From Okamejei kenojei (Eukaryota): a stretch of DNA of 64,000 bases. Each line of letters starts with the position of its first letter. The first letter of the stretch is position 1. The notes under the pieces are model-generated. The model was not told the origin of the DNA. It saw nothing but the letters and a program-made list of their open reading frames with translations, and searched no databases. Location: positions 21,886,001-21,950,000 of the forward strand of contig CM069163.1 in assembly GCA_035221665.1 (NCBI GenBank). Direction: 5' to 3'. The translations under genes were made by a program, and so were the position numbers. Of the stretch, positions 34,820-64,000 are shown one piece after another.

Positions 34820-37800
34820 GGAAAAAAAGTTAACACTTTATTTGGTCAAGTGAAAAAAGCATCAGCTGCTTTATTTAAATAAACCAGATCCTTTCATATG
34901 GAAAGAGCTATTACAAATCACATATTTGAAAGGACAAACAATAGGTACTGAACTGTAAACCAGAGGCTAACACCCACCCAACCAGTCAGCCTCATCAATA
35001 AATAACTCCTCAGTGTACACAACATATCCACTATCTGCCCTTTCAAATATCAAATCTACACAAAAACACAACAGATAAGGCCAAAAGACTATTATGCACG
35101 TTTCTGGTTACAAACAAAAAATATATAAAATGGTAAATATGTTTAAGGTAACTCGTTCAGAGCTTCTAACTCTTCTTGGAATAGAAGTGTGGCTTTTATT
35201 AAAAAAAAATATAAAAAGATATTGAGCTGTGTGGTTCAGAAAGATATATTTACTCAAAAATACACTTGAAAATACATGATGTAAAAAAAATTATCTGCTT
35301 CTCCTACAATAACTTTGATATGAGTTTTAACAGTTATGAACATAAAAGGCTAATCAAATAATGTGCCAGCAAAGCCGCAATAAGTAAAAGTTTCACGGTC
35401 CTGGTTCACATGGCAAATAAACACTCCTGAACTTTAGTATATTTCTCCTTCCCAGAACACACATTTTTGACCAAGAAATATAAACTCAATTAACTGACAA
35501 GTTAAAATAACTGGCTCCATAACATGGGCAAATAATGATAATGTTAGAAGTGGATCTGCATCAATTAAAATCATGCTAACATGTGCATCAAAGGAGAGTT
35601 TTTAGCAATTAAATTCAGACAGTTTGGGGAATTTCTTCCATTAATCTTGATAGCTGGGCTCTGACAATATTTCTGGATGGGTTTCCCTTCAATTTCAAAA
35701 CTACAGCATCTCGTCCTCTTGTTAAATGAGCTACTGTACATCATACAATCAAAACTACAATTAAAAACATGTAAATACCTACCTAACGCTGTACATTATT
35801 TAAGTCAGATGTTTGAGAACAAGGAACTCAAGCCAACATTTGCAAATGTATTATTTAAGATAAAAGTCAACAGATTTTTGAAAACGTGCACGGGTCTTTT
35901 GGCCCCACCATTACACAGTTGTCAAGACAATATATAAATAATTGATCACTGTGAAACATGCCCAATGCTGGTATGTTTCAACACATAAGTAAATATTAAA
36001 TAATGTAGTGTTCAGGAGACCTTTGATTCAGAGGAAGAACTCAGTGGGACTGCTTCACTGATTACATGAGTGTTTCGTGAAATGCACTATAGTTCTTCTA
36101 GCAAAACAATTGCTCTTTTTGCAGGGAATCTTATTTATATATAGAGAAATCCATTCTCTTTTGTTGATTCTGTAGGCTATGTTGAATCAGGGCAAATATG
36201 CCTCCAAAAAAAATACTGGGAAGCAAAGTATAGACTTCCTGCTCATAATAGTCTGACAGAAGCTCTAGGCAACAGGAGGCACAAGGAACTGCAGATGCTG
36301 GAATATTGAACAAAACGTAGAATACTGGAGGAACTCTGTGGGCCACACGCTCCACAGATACTGCCTGACCGGCTGAGTTGTTCCAGCATTTTGTGCTTTG
36401 CACTAAACAATAGGAGACTGGCAGGAAAAATAATAATCCACCAGGGGCCAATTCTTAAGCAGTGTTGCACATCCTTACAGTGTTCAAGAAAATGAGCCCA
36501 AGCGTAACATGCCTAAAGTATCGGAATGCAACAATTAATTTGGTTGATGGATTAACGTACCAGTGTCAGACAATAGACAGCCAAGTGGATAGTCACAAGG
36601 ATCCAAGTTCCACATCTGCCCACCACCTAACTCATCAGAAACTCACCTTGGTCCACATACTTCATCTCTTGGCAAGAAGAAGAAAAATAAGCAAATGGTG
36701 CACTCATCTCAGGAGCATATCTTGAATAGTTGAATGAGCTTTGACATCATCATCATCATCATGAAGAGCTTTAGCATTTCAGAACACCGTACAAATAAGC
36801 AATCCATTAGTATACCCTCTTTCTCCCATCAAAACTTGAACCTGCCAGCACACAGAGGTTTCATTCAGCTGCAAAGGTAAAGATCACCATCATGCAATGC
36901 TAATTTCCGAAGGATCATAATGCGACATCAATACCTGATGGTGAGCAATTTACAGATTGCTATTTTCCAATAGAAGCTGTGTGAATAGCTAAGGTTCTTC
37001 AGCAATCCTCCCACCCACTCACCCGATTCACTTCCAAATGTTGTTTTTTTTAAAATGATGCCAGGTTTCAAAGTAAATTTCTTAAACAAAGTAAATATGG
37101 AGTCACTTTTTCTAACAAAGCAAATGGAAAGCTACCGTCAAATCCAGCAAAGAAAGAACTGCAGATGCCGGTTTAAATCGAATGTAGACACAAAATGCTG
37201 GAGTAACTCAGCGGTTGAGGCAGCATCTCTGGAGAGAAGGGATGGGCGATGTTTCGGGTTGAGACCCTTCTTCAGACTGCTGACAGGGGAGGGGGCTGGA
37301 CAAGGATAGAATGTAGTAGATGACTGTAAGACTCGTGGGAGAACTGGGAAGGGAAAGGGGGTGGAGAGAGAAAGCAAGGGCTATCTGAAGTTAGAGATAT
37401 CAATGTTCATACCGCCAGAGTGTAAACTACCCAAGCAAAATATGAGGTGCTGTTCCTCCAATTTGCACTGGGCCTCACCCTGACAATGGAGGAGGCCCAG
37501 GACAGAAACGTCAGATTGGAAATGGGAGGGGGAGTTGCAGTGCTAAGCTGTCAACTTCTCTACATCAGCGCCAGGTGTCAAATTCTCTACATCGGCGAGG
37601 CAGAGGTTCACTTGTATCTCCTCCAACCTCATCTACTGTATCCACTGTTCCAGGTGTTAACGTCTCTACATACATAAGAGCAGGCTCGGCGATCATTTCA
37701 CTGAACACCTCCGCTCAGTCCATCTTAACCTACCTGATCTCCCAGTGGCTAAGCACTACAACCCCTCCCATTCACAATCTGACCTTTCTGTCCTGGGCCT

Positions 37801-40760
37801 CCTCCATTGTCAGAGTGAGCCCAGCGCAAATTGGAGGAACAGCACCTCATATTTCGCTTGGGTAGTTTACACCCCAGCGGTATGAACATTTACTTCTCTA
37901 ACTTCAGATAGCCCTGGCTTTCTCTCTCTCCATCCCCTTCCCAGTTCTCCCACTAGTCTTGCTGTCTCCGACTACATTCTATATTTGTCCAGCCCCCTCC
38001 CCTGACATCAGTCTGAAGAAGGGTCTTGACCCGAAACATCGCCCATTCCTTCTCCCCAGAGATGCTGCCTCACCCGCTGAGTTACTCCAGCATTTTGTGA
38101 CTACTTTCTCCTGGGTACTGATTATAGTGGACACACCTAACTTGAACATGTGGTTATCATTATCTAGGTAAATATACATTGAAAAATTGGGCATAAAGTT
38201 TTATGTTTCAAAACTATTGAAAGGCTAGAGTTATGTAATGACAGGCTAGAGTTTTGTAATACTTGCATGTACTTGACAATGAATACGAATTCAACTTGAG
38301 ATTCCTCTCCACTTAAGAAATACACAAGATCAAAATTGTCTTGTAATTTAAATTCAAAATTCAGTTACTAGAAGTTTTAATGGTATAACACATCTTTTCA
38401 GGCTCTCAATCACATGATTATTCTCCGACCGGATCCCTCCCCTGATTCTTCAACGAATTACATACAAAGAGAAAATTCTAAATCCATCATGTGCGGACAA
38501 CAGAAATGATCCTGAATGCCACAACATTGTAAAATATCGATCTAACCGCTGAATTTCTTACCACTAAATTTGCCCGCGGCTAAGACTAATGAATGCTTTA
38601 AAATTAAACCCAAGACCCCCTCAAGGGATGATGTTTTACTGAGACTCCCGAGTAACCCTCATTGCTTTTCACAAAATTTGAAAAATCTCATCCAATATAT
38701 AAAAATGATACTAAACAAAAAATATGAAGTTGGAACTCTCAGAGTTGAAATGTTAACAATTATGACAACCTTTGCTACAGCTACTGTCTCTGTTATAGTC
38801 AAGCAAACAGCCTGGATTGAGCTCAATACAGTTAAGAGATCTACAGTGGAGCTGAGGAAAGACTGTTCCACAGCTTAGTAAGAGGTCATATTCAGTTGTG
38901 TGAAACAGAATAACTTTGAGGTCTTTCTCTTGACAACTCATCTTTCAGCAAAGATACTAGTCTGGGTTAATTCCTTAAACTCATATTCAGATTAGTTGTC
39001 TAAACCGGTTGATTAGCAATAAGAATGTTAACGAAGTGACCCCCGCTGTCAGGGAATCCCGAGGAATGTGCCACACACATCACGTTCCGTGTTATCACAT
39101 AGTTACAGTGCTAATTCAAATCCCGCAACAGTGCCAAACAGATCGTTTTGTATCAACATAACCGATAACTACAAATAAGCTGAACTATATCCTTCCTGCC
39201 ACATTTGATCAACATAATGAAGGGCAAAAGTCATTAAGTTATTTACCAGAATGTACACTGTAAAATTGAATTCCTTGGATTCAAAAGCAATTTTGTCATG
39301 GAATTCGGTTCATTACAGACAAATGGAGACCAAAATTGATCATTGTATTTGTGTTCTGGCGAACTATGTACAGTGGAGTGCAATATTCCAAATAACAAAG
39401 GTAAGGAGAATTCAGCCTTACAGGACTGTCTGCAATCGTCCATCAACACCGATGCCAAAGTTGCTAAGTTATTGAAATGCGCACAAATGCATATGCACAT
39501 TTATTTATTATATTTCTCCACATGCACTATACATGGCATGACTTAAAAGCATGGTACTATTTTTAAACAAATGACTACTTATTCCTCATTTTGTGTCATG
39601 CTCCTCCATGAAAGGATTCTTAATTTGCAGACTCAACAATCTTACTCCTCAATATTTAGCACTTACAGGAACTACATTGCTGGATATGAATGATTTGTAT
39701 TCTGGACATTGAGATGTGCGCACAACATCCAATTCAAACGGTTCAATTAACCACACTGGAGATACAGCACTGCTCATAACCCATTCTCAATTGTCATGGA
39801 CAAAATATTCTGCATGGAGTAAAGTCTAAACAGTCAAACTCTAGGAACAGAATGACAGATGCCCTCAAAGTTGCCAGCCAACTCCCATTGCAAATAATTA
39901 ACAAACCGTTTCTTCAATATTCAAGGGGAAAAAAGTGCTATTGATTTTTGTATACAATTTCAATAGTATATCCTTATTTCCACACATTTGCCCACTTACT
40001 GTGTAAAGAAATGAAGTAATCCATCAAGCAACTAATAAAACTGCATTCGATGAATGCCATTTATCCAAGTAATAGTTTGCTGTAAATGTAATTTAAAACT
40101 TTGCTGCAGTCTTGAACTAATGGTAAATTTGACTTCTTCCAAACTACTACGGTGGGAATTGCATTTTTCAGTCATTATGAAAAGTTGAAATGCACTACAT
40201 CTTGGTTAATCTTATTTTTCAGTACATGACCAACATATATATAAATGGATTGTCAGGTGACAATGTACAACTGTGTCTCTCTGCCCGAACGTCACAGAAA
40301 TAATTTCTATATTCCAAATCTCTGATTTTGTCTCCGTTCACAAAAGAACCAATGACTAAAAGATAGCTGATGCACCATGCTGTAATGCCACGACGTAGGT
40401 GCAATATACTGTACAAGAAAGGAAACCAGCACAGGTTAACAACCAGAACCCAGGACAATTCTTCTACGTATCCATCCTGCAGCGTTCCAAATGGATACTC
40501 ACTTGCCAGAGTTGGTTACATATCCTGAATTCAACTGTGGATACTGAATTAATAATCATCCTCTCTAGAAGTACAAAAGCCTCAAGTTCATATTACCTTG
40601 TACTGGTATCAGTTTTACTCTCTGATTTTCAAGACCGAGCAGCAAATGAAACAGCATTTTTTTTTAAAACAAAGTCTTAGCATTCCAGAAATCCCGGGTC
40701 CGTTCTGATTATTATATATATTTAGATATATATCAATTTTTGTTAAACTGTAGGGGATCC
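34820..40760 (-). other. Probable long PRRC2B 3'UTR (about 6 kb)
   Basis: AT-rich region after the stop; minus-strand AATAAA at 34870-34875 and 34837-34842 followed by GT/T-rich sequence. Confidence 0.6.
37153..38100. mobile_element. Inverted pair of Penelope-like 3' fragments
   Basis: 37188-37544 and 37751-38098 are reverse complements; both contain the [10 protein letters not shown]-coding segment and hammerhead-like core. Confidence 0.82.
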
Positions 40761-62922
<22,162 letters not shown>

Positions 62923-63080
62923 CTACAAGCAAATGAAAAATAGATTATCTAATTGACTGAAAATTAGCTGTACATTATCTACACCCAACTTAACTGTTGA
63001 ACATAAATTAAACGCAGGTACAAGATAAATAATTGGCTTTTGCTAAAAGTTTCAGAAATGACTTATTTACATTTATAAGG

Positions 63081-63385
63081 GAGGCATGGTGGAGTAGTGG
63101 TAGAGATACTGCCTTACGGGGCCAGAGACCTGGGTTTGATCCTGACTACAAGTGCTTATCTGTATGGAGTTTGTACTTTCTCCCTGAGACATGCGTGGGT
63201 TTTCTTCGAATTCTTAGGTTTCTTCCCATATTCCAAAGACGTACAGGTTTGTCGGTTAATTGGCTTGGTATAAATGTAAATTATTCCTACTCTGTGTAAG
63301 ACTAGTGTTAGTGTGGGAATCATTGGTCGGTGCGGACACGGTAGGCCAAAGGGCCTGTGTCTGTGCTGAATCTCTAAACTAAACA
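63081..63385 (+). mobile_element. V-SINE (HE1-like), near full length
   Basis: tRNA-like head GGCATGGTGGAGTAGTGG...GGTTTGATCCTGAC, core, (CTAAA)n tail. Confidence 0.8.
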
Positions 63386-64000
63386 ACACAAAGTGTAGCG
63401 GGTGACTGGGACACATTACCAAGGGTGCTGGCGGAGGCAGATACAAAACTAGCATTTAAGAGGTTATGCATGGATATGCAGGGAATGGTGGGATATAGAA
63501 CACATGCAGGCAAAGCAGATTAGTTTAACTTATCATTGTGTTCCGCATGGACATTATGAGCCAAAGTGCTTGTTCCAATGCTGCACTGTTCAATGTTCTA
63601 TGTTAAGGACCTTACGATGTCCCATTAAATCAAACCTATTATCAATAGATGAGAGGGAGAAGGCAGATAAATAGGCACTTGCTCCTGTGCATTATATTCA
63701 TGGACTGGAGATTAGACAGCAGCTTACCAGCTACTCTGGTTGCAATTGATGGGTGGTCCACATTGGCATGGTGTGCAATGGATATATCAGTTGATACGAT
63801 CTACATTCTGTCCACAACATAAACACTTGTTCCTGATCGAATTTGTGATCAACAAACATGACTGAGTTCTACAATATTAGTCACATGGCACCATCAAAGA
63901 TCACTCAAAAACATTACAGACTAAAAATTAACTAAAGATAATTTCTGCCCAATGGTACAATAGTCTAGAACGAAACAAATATATCTGCACTAAACAAAGG

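Noticed and set aside
63728-63807. Possible extra PRRC2B exon ending at a gtaagc donor
   Set aside because: No acceptor gives a phase-compatible exon with recognisable PRRC2 sequence

Overview
Vertebrate genomic DNA, most likely a cartilaginous fish (skate/ray-like; inferred from the repeat content: CR1, L2, V-SINE/HE1-like SINEs, Penelope fragments). Two intron-containing genes lie in tandem on the minus strand. (1) POMT1 (protein O-mannosyltransferase 1) is complete: 19 coding exons from ATG 29561 to TAG 2732 summing to 2178 nt (725 aa), one GC-AG intron, a probable non-coding exon 1 and CpG-island promoter near 32.2 kb, and a 1.5-kb G-rich minisatellite in intron 1. (2) The 3' part of PRRC2B (19 exons, 62922 to about 40761) has a roughly 6-kb 3'UTR and hosts a C/D snoRNA (SNORD62-like, 56441-56530). 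Most notable: PRRC2B has an extra base in the conserved RRSGPIKKP motif and an in-frame TGA replacing a conserved Arg 16 codons before a second stop; a 50-bp exact copy of a conserved exonic motif sits in the next intron between 15-bp direct repeats; Penelope-derived short repeats carry minimal hammerhead ribozyme cores; two Helitron-like elements carry GC-rich cargo, one resembling a captured promoter plus first exon; a hAT element with an 8-bp TSD has nested foldbacks. Most ORFs in the supplied track are spurious. Comparisons to human proteins are from recall and need alignment.
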